64,000 bases of DNA. Source: an uncultured Roseburia sp. (lineage in GTDB: Bacteria; Bacillota; Clostridia; Lachnospirales; Lachnospiraceae). Under the pieces are notes generated by a model. That model did not search any database, was not told where the DNA came from, and saw only the letters and a program-made list of their open reading frames with translations. Made by a program: the position numbers and the translations under genes. Each line of letters begins with the position of its first letter. Positions within the stretch are counted from its first letter, which is position 1. The DNA is taken from assembly GCA_947567625.1 (NCBI GenBank), contig CANONN010000007.1, forward strand, positions 4,803 to 68,802, written 5' to 3'. Positions 18,625 to 26,852 of the stretch are shown here, piece after piece.

Positions 18625-19545
18625 TTGAGATTAGTAACACGATCGGATTTCGACGGCCTCGTTTGCGGCGCATTGCTTTTGGAGGCAGGCATCATTGATC
18701 ATTGGAAGTTTGCGCATCCAAAAGATCTGCAGGATGGTCTGGTAGAGATAGATGAGAACGACTGTCTGGCCAATGTGCCTTATGTGGAGGGCTGCGGTTT
18801 ATGGTTTGACCATCATTCCAGCGAACATGAGCGTCTGGCATTGCAGGGCCGATATAAAGGGGAGAGCCGTATCACACCGTCCTGTGCACGCATAATCTAC
18901 GAGTACTACGGCGGAGAGGAGCGTTTTCCACAATTTGGTGAGATGATGGAGGCTGTGGATAAAGTGGATTCCGGCAATCTCACCATCGACGAGGTCATGA
19001 ATCCCAGCGGATGGATTCTCGTGGGTTTTCTGATGGATCCGCGGACCGGCCTGGGCAGATGGAGGCAGTTTTCCATTTCCAATTACCAGCTGATGGAGAA
19101 GCTCATGGAAGCGTGCCGCACGATGACGACGGATGAGATTTTGGCGCTGCCCGACGTGCAGGAGCGCATCGAAGTCTATCATGAGCAGACCGAGAAGTTC
19201 AAGCAGATGGTAAAAGAGCACACGCGTGTGGAAGGCAATGTGATTATTTCCGATCTGCGCGGCGTCGACCCGATTTACACCGGCAATCGTTTTATGATTT
19301 ACAGCATGTATCCCGAGCAGAACATCTCCGCCTGGATTGTCAGCGGGCGCGGGGGACTGGGCTGTTCGGCGGCGGTCGGTTACAGTATCCTCAACCGGAC
19401 CTGTGAGGTCAATGTCGGAAGCCTGATGCTCAAATACAACGGCGGCGGACATAAGAAGGTAGGAACCTGTCAGTTTAATAACGAAAATATGGAGACAGAA
19501 CTTCCTAAGATGTTACATGAACTCTGTGAAATGGCAAATAAATAA
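18625..19545 (+). CDS. Conserved phosphoesterase-like protein (family often annotated exopolyphosphatase/DHH-like); function uncertain
   Basis: TTG 18625 is preceded by AGGAGG. 'RLVTRSDFDGLVCGALLLEAG...ANVPYVEGCGLWFDHHSSE' is a recognisable conserved N-terminal signature (DxD...DHH-like). Confidence 0.45.
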   Translation: MRLVTRSDFDGLVCGALLLEAGIIDHWKFAHPKDLQDGLVEIDENDCLANVPYVEGCGLWFDHHSSEHERLALQGRYKGESRITPSCARIIYEYYGGEERFPQFGEMMEAVDKVDSGNLTIDEVMNPSGWILVGFLMDPRTGLGRWRQFSISNYQLMEKLMEACRTMTTDEILALPDVQERIEVYHEQTEKFKQMVKEHTRVEGNVIISDLRGVDPIYTGNRFMIYSMYPEQNISAWIVSGRGGLGCSAAVGYSILNRTCEVNVGSLMLKYNGGGHKKVGTCQFNNENMETELPKMLHELCEMANK

Positions 19546-19551
19546 GCAATA

Positions 19552-19580
19552 TGGCATCTGTCGCAAGGCAGATGTCTTTT
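19552..19580 (+). terminator. Rho-independent terminator
   Basis: GGCATCTG-n8-CAGATGTC (one G-U pair) followed by TTTTT (19576-19580). Confidence 0.7.
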
Positions 19581-19625
19581 TCGTGTAGAGGATTGCACAG
19601 ACCTGTGAAAAGGAGAGAATGAGAG

Positions 19626-20789
19626 ATGCAATATGATTTTGATACGCCGGTGGAACGCCGCCGTACGGGTTCGCTAAAGTGGGATGTAGGAGAGAATGAG
19701 CTTCCGATGTGGGTAGCGGACATGGATTTTAAGACGGCGCCGGAGATTGTGGACGCGCTGCGGCGGCGCACGGAGATTGGCGCATACGGTTACAGCATCG
19801 TGCCAAACGAGTGGTACGAGGCGATCGGGGACTGGTGGGAGAAGCGCCATCATTTTCGGTTGGAAAAGGACTGGCTGTTATTTTCGACGGGGGTGGTGCC
19901 GACGCTGTCCTCGGCGGTGCGCAAATTGACGACACCGGCCGAACATGTGGTGATTCAGACGCCGGTGTACAATATTTTTTATAATTGTATTCAAAACAAC
20001 GGCAGAACGGTATTGGAGAACCCATTGAAATACGAGAACGGCAGATATGAGATGGATTTTTCGGATTTGGAGGAAAAGTTAAAAGATCCGCAGACAACTT
20101 TGATGATTCTGTGCAATCCGCAGAATCCGGCGGGAAAGATCTGGGAGCGGGATACTTTGGCGCGCGTGGGCGAACTCTGCGCCAGATATCATGTGACAGT
20201 CATCGCGGATGAGATACACTGTGACCTCACCGCGCCGGGCAAAGAATATATTCCGTTTGCTTCCGTGTCAGAGCTTTGCCGGGATAACAGCGTGACCTGC
20301 ATCGCGCCGACTAAGACATTTAACCTGGCGGGGCTGCAGACGTCCGCTATATCGGTGCCAAATCCGAACCTGCGTCACAAAGTAAACAGGGGCATCAACA
20401 CCGATGAGGTGGCGGAGCCCAATTTCTTCGCGGTGACTGCGGCGGTTGCGGCGTTTAGGGAAGGCGCACCGTGGCTGGACGCGCTCAGGGACTATCTGCA
20501 AAAAAACAGAGAGATTGTGGTGGATTTTATCGGCAGAGAGCTGCCGGGGATTCATCTGGTTTGGTCCGATGCAACCTATCTGCTCTGGCTGGACTGCGGC
20601 GCCATCACCAAAGACTCTAAGGAGCTGGCGGGATTTATCCGGCAAAAGACGGGACTGTATCTGTCGGACGGCGCTCAGTACGGCGGAAACGGTGCGCAGT
20701 TTTTGCGGCTGAATATCGCCTGTCCCGCGATTGTATTGAAAGAAGGACTTGCCAGATTAAAGCAAGGTGTCGTACAATATCAGATGTGA
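19626..20789 (+). CDS. patB: MalY/PatB-family cystathionine beta-lyase (class I/II aminotransferase fold)
   Basis: N-terminal 'YDFDTPVERRRTGSLKWD' hallmark and 'LCNPQNPAGK'. The PLP-Lys region is 'APTKTFNLAGL'. Confidence 0.85.
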   Translation: MQYDFDTPVERRRTGSLKWDVGENELPMWVADMDFKTAPEIVDALRRRTEIGAYGYSIVPNEWYEAIGDWWEKRHHFRLEKDWLLFSTGVVPTLSSAVRKLTTPAEHVVIQTPVYNIFYNCIQNNGRTVLENPLKYENGRYEMDFSDLEEKLKDPQTTLMILCNPQNPAGKIWERDTLARVGELCARYHVTVIADEIHCDLTAPGKEYIPFASVSELCRDNSVTCIAPTKTFNLAGLQTSAISVPNPNLRHKVNRGINTDEVAEPNFFAVTAAVAAFREGAPWLDALRDYLQKNREIVVDFIGRELPGIHLVWSDATYLLWLDCGAITKDSKELAGFIRQKTGLYLSDGAQYGGNGAQFLRLNIACPAIVLKEGLARLKQGVVQYQM

Positions 20790-20867
20790 TGAGCGGACGG
20801 AGGAATAAAAGACCGATCACGGAGGATAGCGCAAAAAGCGAATAAAAACGCAGTCTACAACGCAGAA

Positions 20868-21608
20868 ATGAGGAAAACAATGCTTGAATTGAGGAATATA
20901 GGTTTTCATACCGATGATGGAAAGGATATTTTAACGGAAGTCAATCTTGTTTTGGATGAAAAGATTGTTGTGATCACAGGGCCAAACGGCGGCGGCAAAT
21001 CTACGCTTGCAAAGATTATTGCGGGTATCATACAGCCTACGGAGGGAACCATATGGCTCGATGGCATGGATATCACGCACATGTCGGTGACGGAGAGAGC
21101 GCGCGTGGGCGTCAGTCTCGCATTTCAGCAGCCGGTGCGCTTTAAAGGACTTACGGTCAAAGATTTGATCACGATTGCCGCGGGGCGCGATCTGACGTTA
21201 AACGAGGCGTGCAAATATCTGTCCGAGGTGGGGCTGTGCGCCAAAGATTATATTGAGCGCGAATTAAATCAAAGCCTTTCCGGCGGCGAGATGAAGCGCA
21301 TTGAGATCGCGATGATTTTGGCCAGAGATTCCAAGTTTTCCGTTTTTGACGAGCCGGAGGCCGGTATCGATCTCTGGAGCTTTGGCAATTTAATTCATGT
21401 CTTTGAAAAGATGCACAGAGAAACGAAGGGCACGATTCTGATTATCAGCCATCAGGAGCGTATTTTAAATATTGCCGACAAGATCATCTATTTAAAAAAC
21501 GGCAGCGTGGAGCGGTATGGTTCCAGAGAAGAGATTCTGCCGGACTTGCTGCATGACACGGCAAAGGCGGCGGGCTGTAATATATTAATGGACAAACTGG
21601 AGGGCTAA
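20868..21608 (+). CDS. sufC: Fe-S cluster assembly ATPase SufC-like
   Basis: Walker A 'GPNGGGKST', signature 'LSGGEMKR' and Walker B 'FSVFDEPEAGID'. 246 aa with no TM partner. Alternative start ATG 20880. Confidence 0.8.
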   Translation: MRKTMLELRNIGFHTDDGKDILTEVNLVLDEKIVVITGPNGGGKSTLAKIIAGIIQPTEGTIWLDGMDITHMSVTERARVGVSLAFQQPVRFKGLTVKDLITIAAGRDLTLNEACKYLSEVGLCAKDYIERELNQSLSGGEMKRIEIAMILARDSKFSVFDEPEAGIDLWSFGNLIHVFEKMHRETKGTILIISHQERILNIADKIIYLKNGSVERYGSREEILPDLLHDTAKAAGCNILMDKLEG

Positions 21609-21612
21609 TCAT

Positions 21613-22530
21613 ATGGATGCAATACAAAAGAATCTATTACATGAGGTGGCAGAGCTTGACGCGCTTCCGGTTGGAGCTTACAATATCCGCGTCAACGGTG
21701 AGAGCAGCGCCCGCAATACTACTGCCAATATTGATATTGTAAGCAAGACGGATAAGTCCGGTATTGATATCATTATTAAGCCGAACACGGTAAACGAGAG
21801 CGTGCATATTCCGGTCGTGCTCTCGCAGAGTGGTCTCAAAGAAATGGTCTACAATGATTTTTATATCGGGGAGAACAGTGATGTGACGATCGTTGCCGGC
21901 TGCGGTATCCACAACTGCGGCGCGGGGGACAGCAGCCATGAGGGCTTGCACCGGTTTTTTGTGGGAAAAAATGCCAGAGTGCGCTATGTGGAAAAGCATT
22001 ACGGAGAAGGCTCGGGAGAGGGAAAACGCGTCATGAACCCTATGACGGAGATTCATCTGGAGGAGGGCGCGTATGCCAAAATGGAGATGACGCAGATCTC
22101 CGGCATCGACGATACGATACGCAAAACGACCGCCGTTTTGGCCGCAGGCGCCACCCTGGAGGTGCAGGAAAAGGTTCTCACCGACGGAGAGCAGAACGCG
22201 GTTTCCGATTTTACGGCGGATTTGAACGGGGAGGGATGCAGCTGCAATATCGTCAGCCGCACGGTGGCGAAGGAAAACAGCACCCAGCATTTTGCCAGCA
22301 CCCTAAACGGCAACGCCGCCTGCTCGGGCCATACGGAGTGCGATTCGATCATTATGGATTCGGCCCGGGTTTCGGCGAGCCCGAACCTCACCGCGGCCAA
22401 CATCGACGCCAGCCTGATTCACGAGGCCGCCATCGGCAAAATTGCCGGCGAGCAGCTGTTAAAGCTGATGACGCTGGGGCTGACCGAGGAGGAAGCGGAA
22501 GAGCAGATTGTCAACGGATTTTTGAAATAG
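21613..22530 (+). CDS. SufB/SufD-family Fe-S assembly protein
   Basis: Beta-helix-type sequence with the C-terminal 'LIHEAAIGKIAGEQLLKLMTLGLTEEEAEEQIVNGFL' SufB/D hallmark. It follows sufC by 4 nt. Confidence 0.8.
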   Translation: MDAIQKNLLHEVAELDALPVGAYNIRVNGESSARNTTANIDIVSKTDKSGIDIIIKPNTVNESVHIPVVLSQSGLKEMVYNDFYIGENSDVTIVAGCGIHNCGAGDSSHEGLHRFFVGKNARVRYVEKHYGEGSGEGKRVMNPMTEIHLEEGAYAKMEMTQISGIDDTIRKTTAVLAAGATLEVQEKVLTDGEQNAVSDFTADLNGEGCSCNIVSRTVAKENSTQHFASTLNGNAACSGHTECDSIIMDSARVSASPNLTAANIDASLIHEAAIGKIAGEQLLKLMTLGLTEEEAEEQIVNGFLK

Positions 22531-22571
22531 CAGGTTAAAAATCGTAACCGTTCAATTGTTTACCTGTTACT

Positions 22572-22623
22572 AAAAATCGGATGAAACATATGGTTTGTCA
22601 CCGTATGTTTCATCCGATTTTTT
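22572..22623 (+). terminator. Strong rho-independent (potentially bidirectional) terminator
   Basis: AAAAATCGGATGAAACATA-n13-TATGTTTCATCCGATTTTTT. The 16-bp perfect stem is flanked by A and T tracts. Confidence 0.9.
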
Positions 22624-22653
22624 ACGCTGGAAGAAAAGCATTATCTGCGGTTT

Positions 22654-23640
22654 GTGATGAAACAGAGCCAATGCTTTGAAGCTGTTTTGACTGGAAAAGG
22701 GATGATTCTGGAGAAAGAATGGGAAGAAAGATACCAAGAGGCGGCCGTCGGTGTGGATACCGCCAGATTAAACCGTTATCTCTGCAAACAGGTGCGCAGG
22801 CATTTGGATAAGTTGTCTGCGGAGAAAGCAACCGGTTTTTCCGTCGCCGAACGGGCATACCGTTACGGAGATCACGGTATTTATCTTTCCACAAAAGAAA
22901 AACGGAAAAGAATTTTTATCCTCCTGACGGATAACAATCAATATAAGAGGCAGATTTATATTGATTTAAAGCCCGACGAGCGAAATCTCGTTATACATGT
23001 TCCGGTAGAAACTGCGGTCAGGCGGCATGAGGATTATCACGCCAGGATAGGGCTGGCATCGGGTATGCGGCATATGCTTGTCACGGACAAGGGACATGTC
23101 TATGGCGAACGGTACGGTGAATATCAATTTGCCCTGGCGGAATATGTGCGCAAAGGGCGGTCGGTTTATCAGAAAAACCGACGCAATAATCCCGGACGCA
23201 AAAAGTACTATGCCGGGAAAGCGAGACTGGAGGCGGCGCTGCACAGCTATATCAACGGCGAAATCAATCGGCTGCTGGAAACGGAGATGCCGGAGGAAAT
23301 CTTTTTGCCGAAGCTGCCGCAAAACACCAGGGCGGGCGTTTATAAGGTATATAACAATGCTGCCCATATGTGGCAGAGGGGCTATATCAAAAAGCGGCTT
23401 ACGCAGAAGTGTCAGGAGAATTCGATTCGGCTGGTCGAGGTGTTCGCAAAGAACATCGGCAAAGAATGTAGTGTGTGTGGAGCGACCGGCAAAAAGGAAA
23501 AAGAGTTTTTTGTCTGCCAGGCATGCGGTGCGCAGTTGCCCGAGAGGGAGAATGTCGCAAGAAACGCGTTACTGCGTGGAAGAGCACAGAGAGTATCTGT
23601 GTCTGCAAATGTTACAGACACAGAAATCAAAATCGAATAA
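22654..23640 (+). CDS. TnpB-like (IS200/IS605 OrfB family) protein with substituted RuvC catalytic triad; candidate nuclease-dead derivative
   Basis: The order of blocks matches TnpB. The RuvC-I block is 'RIGLASGMRHMLVTDKG' versus the usual GIDLG. The RuvC-II block is 'EEIFLPKL' versus IVxEDL. The zinc ribbon is 'CSVCG...CQACG'. The RuvC-III block is 'PERENVARNALLRG' versus (D/H)xDxNAAxNI. 328 aa, intact ORF, no tnpA nearby. Confidence 0.7.
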   Translation: MMKQSQCFEAVLTGKGMILEKEWEERYQEAAVGVDTARLNRYLCKQVRRHLDKLSAEKATGFSVAERAYRYGDHGIYLSTKEKRKRIFILLTDNNQYKRQIYIDLKPDERNLVIHVPVETAVRRHEDYHARIGLASGMRHMLVTDKGHVYGERYGEYQFALAEYVRKGRSVYQKNRRNNPGRKKYYAGKARLEAALHSYINGEINRLLETEMPEEIFLPKLPQNTRAGVYKVYNNAAHMWQRGYIKKRLTQKCQENSIRLVEVFAKNIGKECSVCGATGKKEKEFFVCQACGAQLPERENVARNALLRGRAQRVSVSANVTDTEIKIE

Positions 23641-23959
23641 GTTCATTCAGAAAGTTTGTGCAGATGGATGGAAAAGCCGTCAAGTAGATACTCTATCATA
23701 AGGTATTCTGTTCTACCGGGGAAGAACCGGACTGCAAAACGTTTCTTTTGATAAAAAGGCGGGAGTTATTTTTCTGCCAGACGGCATTAGAAGCCGGCCA
23801 TGCCGGGTATTGGGTATGCCAGGACCTGTGGGAACTTGAAACGGAAGTAGTTTATCGTTTGAAGAAGTACCGGGAGCGAAGCGGGTAATAATGTTATTCC
23901 GCAGCATCAACGGAGAGCTTGATGTCCAATATTCCATATTATAAGATTGGAAAACAAAT

Positions 23960-24253
23960 ATGAAACGATACAGAAAGAAAGAGATGCAAGAGACAGTGGA
24001 AACACTGTTGAAAGCAAATGACACAATCGGTACGGCCAGAAAAACGAATTCTGCGGAATATCTGGTGGAGCTGCTTACCCAGTGCCAGGAGTCAGCGATT
24101 CTACTTGGAACGTACCTTGATACGTTAGGGGACAAGTATCATTATCTTGTAGAAGTACTGGAAGATTACTGCGAGGCGGTTTATCAGATCAGTGTCAGCC
24201 TTGCGGATGAGAGCCAATGCAGGAAAATAGTAAAAAAATACAAAAGCAGTTGA
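23960..24253 (+). CDS. Small helical hypothetical protein (97 aa), possibly the N-terminal part of the next gene via a -1 shift
   Basis: ATG 23960. It overlaps ORF 24217..26352 by 37 nt, and an A7 run (24232-24238) lies in the overlap. Confidence 0.5.
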   Translation: MKRYRKKEMQETVETLLKANDTIGTARKTNSAEYLVELLTQCQESAILLGTYLDTLGDKYHYLVEVLEDYCEAVYQISVSLADESQCRKIVKKYKSS

Positions 24254-26352
24254 CAGGACTGATCAATCATATACGTTATGATTTGCCGGGGGACAGAACG
24301 GAGGTCGTATTTCTCCCTTATAAAGCTTCTATGTGGGATTCTCTGGAAAGTGTGTGGAAAGCGGCGGTCTCTGACGAACAGACGGACGCTTATGTCATTC
24401 CGATTCCGTATTACGATAAAAATCCAGATGGGAGTTTTCGGGAAATGCATTATGAGGGGAATTTATATCCCGCGTATGTGCCTGTGACGCATTATGATGA
24501 TTATAATTTTGTGGAAAGAACCCCGGACGTAATTTTTATACATAATCCGTATGATAATACAAATTATGTGACGAGCGTACATCCTTTTTTTTATTCCGAT
24601 CATTTGAAACAGTATACGGATAAGTTAGTGTATATACCTTATTTTATATTGCGGGAGTTAAATCCACAAAACCGGGTAGAAATAGAGAATATCAAACATT
24701 TTATTACGACGCCCGCTGTGATTCATGCCGACAGAGTCATCGTGCAATCGGAGAACATGCGGCAGATCTATATTGGCGTTATGATGGAATACACCGGAAA
24801 TGACACTGCCAGCAGGCGTTATTGGGAAGAAAAGATCTTGGGGCTTGGCTCCCCGAAAGTGGACAAGGTCTTAAATACCGGAAAAGAGGATATCGAGATA
24901 CCAGGGGAATGGCTGACCGTGATACAGAAGCCGGATGGGAGCAGCAAGAAAATTGTTTTATATAATACAAGTATCACGGCTTTACTCGAGCACAATGAGC
25001 TGATGCTGGTAAAAATGCAGGACGTGTTTCGTATCTTTCAAAAAAACAGAGACGAGATTGCACTGCTGTGGCGGCCTCATCCGCTGATTGAGAGTACATT
25101 GCGGTCTATGCGGCCGCAATTGTGGGAGGAGTATCAAAGAATCCGAGACCAGTATCTTGCGGATGGATGGGGAATCTATGACGACTCGGCAGAGCTTGAC
25201 CGGGCGGTAATCTTGAGTGACGCCTATTATGGAGACAAAAGCAGCGTAGTAGAACTATACAGAAAAACGGCAAAGGGAATCGTTATACAAAAAGTGTATC
25301 AATCTAAGATACAGGAAAATTTTATTATGGCTTCCCAGGTGAACGATCATGAGAACAGATATATTTTGTCGAAACAGGGAGTTTTGTACCAGTTTGATGA
25401 AAACACCAGGGGTTTTACGGCGCTAAAGGTATTTTGTGAAGATACAGGCGAAGAGGGAACTTATAAATATATGGAATTATACGGAGAAAAGATCGTACTT
25501 TTTCCGTACAGGACGTCCCGTATTTTATTTTATGATTTGGCAAACGATTTATTGACGGATGCTATCATTGCGGAGCGACAGAGTGTTTATCGCGCGTATT
25601 ACAGATATGAAAATACGGTCTATCTGATTGGGTGTAAGGACAAGCAGACAGCGGATAGGAAAGTTGACTTGCAAACGTTGCAGACGCAGGCTATGCCCCA
25701 ATGGCTGGACCGCATACACGCGCAGCTTGGATTAGAAGCAGACTACAATTTGACCATGATGGGAATCGGGAAACTGCAAATCATAGATTTTAAGGGCTAC
25801 CTTCCGCTTACCGTTCCCGATCATATTGCTGTAATTGATTTTAGGACAGAAGAGATCAAAGTAATCAAAGTTGGAGACCGCGGGATTCGATATAATACGG
25901 TGTGCTATGACGGCAATGCGTTTTGGCTCACCGGGGATAAAACGTGTATTGTGCGTTGGTGCGATAAGAAATCTGCGATCACTACCTTTGAAAATTTTCA
26001 GCCAACATTGCCGGACTCCAAAAGATCAAAGTTTATGGATGCACTTTTTGCCAAGTCAGTATATTGGGACGGGTATGTGTATTTTGCTCCGCTGTTAGCG
26101 CAGGAAATCGTTTGTATTCATACAGAGAGTGGCGCGCTGCGCGTGCTCGATCAGACCGAACCGTTGGGAGCCTGTTTTGAAATCGGTCTGTTTGAGGGGG
26201 CAGTTGTCGCTTTTGAAGAAGTTTGGAACGATAGCTGCTGCGAAAAAGTAATCTGCCATTCTTTTGGCACGGACATAGAATTTAAGAGTTTAAACGAGGA
26301 ATATCAAAAGGTAAGAGCCATGATTGGTGAAAAATGCGCAAGTGCAATATAA
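24217..26352 (+). CDS. TagB/TagF-like (CDP-glycerol glycerophosphotransferase family) protein with a long C-terminal beta-rich domain; tentative
   Basis: 'VVFLPYKASMWDSLESVWKAA...AYVIPIPYYDKNPDG...DVIFIHNPYDNTNYVTSV...LVYIPYF...VIVQSENM' resembles Clostridial proteins annotated in this family. Recognised by eye only. Confidence 0.45.
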   Translation: MQENSKKIQKQLTGLINHIRYDLPGDRTEVVFLPYKASMWDSLESVWKAAVSDEQTDAYVIPIPYYDKNPDGSFREMHYEGNLYPAYVPVTHYDDYNFVERTPDVIFIHNPYDNTNYVTSVHPFFYSDHLKQYTDKLVYIPYFILRELNPQNRVEIENIKHFITTPAVIHADRVIVQSENMRQIYIGVMMEYTGNDTASRRYWEEKILGLGSPKVDKVLNTGKEDIEIPGEWLTVIQKPDGSSKKIVLYNTSITALLEHNELMLVKMQDVFRIFQKNRDEIALLWRPHPLIESTLRSMRPQLWEEYQRIRDQYLADGWGIYDDSAELDRAVILSDAYYGDKSSVVELYRKTAKGIVIQKVYQSKIQENFIMASQVNDHENRYILSKQGVLYQFDENTRGFTALKVFCEDTGEEGTYKYMELYGEKIVLFPYRTSRILFYDLANDLLTDAIIAERQSVYRAYYRYENTVYLIGCKDKQTADRKVDLQTLQTQAMPQWLDRIHAQLGLEADYNLTMMGIGKLQIIDFKGYLPLTVPDHIAVIDFRTEEIKVIKVGDRGIRYNTVCYDGNAFWLTGDKTCIVRWCDKKSAITTFENFQPTLPDSKRSKFMDALFAKSVYWDGYVYFAPLLAQEIVCIHTESGALRVLDQTEPLGACFEIGLFEGAVVAFEEVWNDSCCEKVICHSFGTDIEFKSLNEEYQKVRAMIGEKCASAI

Positions 26353-26373
26353 AGGATGGAGGGAGAAGCCGCT

Positions 26374-26805
26374 ATGATAGAGGAAGTAAGAAAAAAGAGC
26401 AAATTGTTGGCGCTCATTATCAGAAATCACCACGAATGTGAGGGTGTGGATTTTTTGACCCCAAACGAGTATTCACAGCAGGTGGCTTATATGCATCACC
26501 CGCAAGGGAAGGTGATTGATGCGCATGTACATAATCTTGTGCACAGAAATGTGGTTTTGACACAGGAAGTACTGGTGATAAAAAAGGGCAAATTGCGTGT
26601 CGATTTTTATGATGAATATGAAGATTATCTGGAAAGCAGAATAATCGGTGCGGGAGATGTCATTTTACTTGTCTCAGGAGGACATGGGTTTAAGGTATTG
26701 GAAGAGCTGGAAATGATCGAGGTCAAGCAGGGGCCGTATGCCGGGGGAGATGATAAGAAGAGGTTTGCGGGAATATCAGATGAGGAGCTTATATTAAAGG
26801 ACTGA
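26374..26805 (+). CDS. Cupin-fold protein (WbuC / sugar-ketoisomerase-like)
   Basis: ATG 26374 follows GGAGGGAG. 'KVIDAHVHN...EVLVIKKGKLRVDFYD...GDVILLVSGGHGF' is a cupin beta-barrel pattern typical of glycan loci. Confidence 0.5.
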   Translation: MIEEVRKKSKLLALIIRNHHECEGVDFLTPNEYSQQVAYMHHPQGKVIDAHVHNLVHRNVVLTQEVLVIKKGKLRVDFYDEYEDYLESRIIGAGDVILLVSGGHGFKVLEELEMIEVKQGPYAGGDDKKRFAGISDEELILKD

Positions 26806-26852
26806 CAAGAGAGAATCAGCGAAGTTTGAATTCATGATTTGGAGAGGGCGCT

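Noticed and set aside
22654-23640. TnpB-like gene considered as part of an active IS200/IS605 insertion sequence
   Set aside because: There is no tnpA, no recognisable left or right end hairpins flanking the gene, no second copy in the window, and the catalytic triad is apparently lost. It is reported instead as a domesticated or degenerate derivative.
23713-24135. 140-aa minus-strand ORF in the gap after the TnpB-like gene
   Set aside because: It overlaps the well-supported start of the + strand 23960 ORF. It has no ribosome-binding site and reads as hydrophobic and Ser-rich low-complexity sequence. The region is better explained as non-coding (candidate RNA or promoter).
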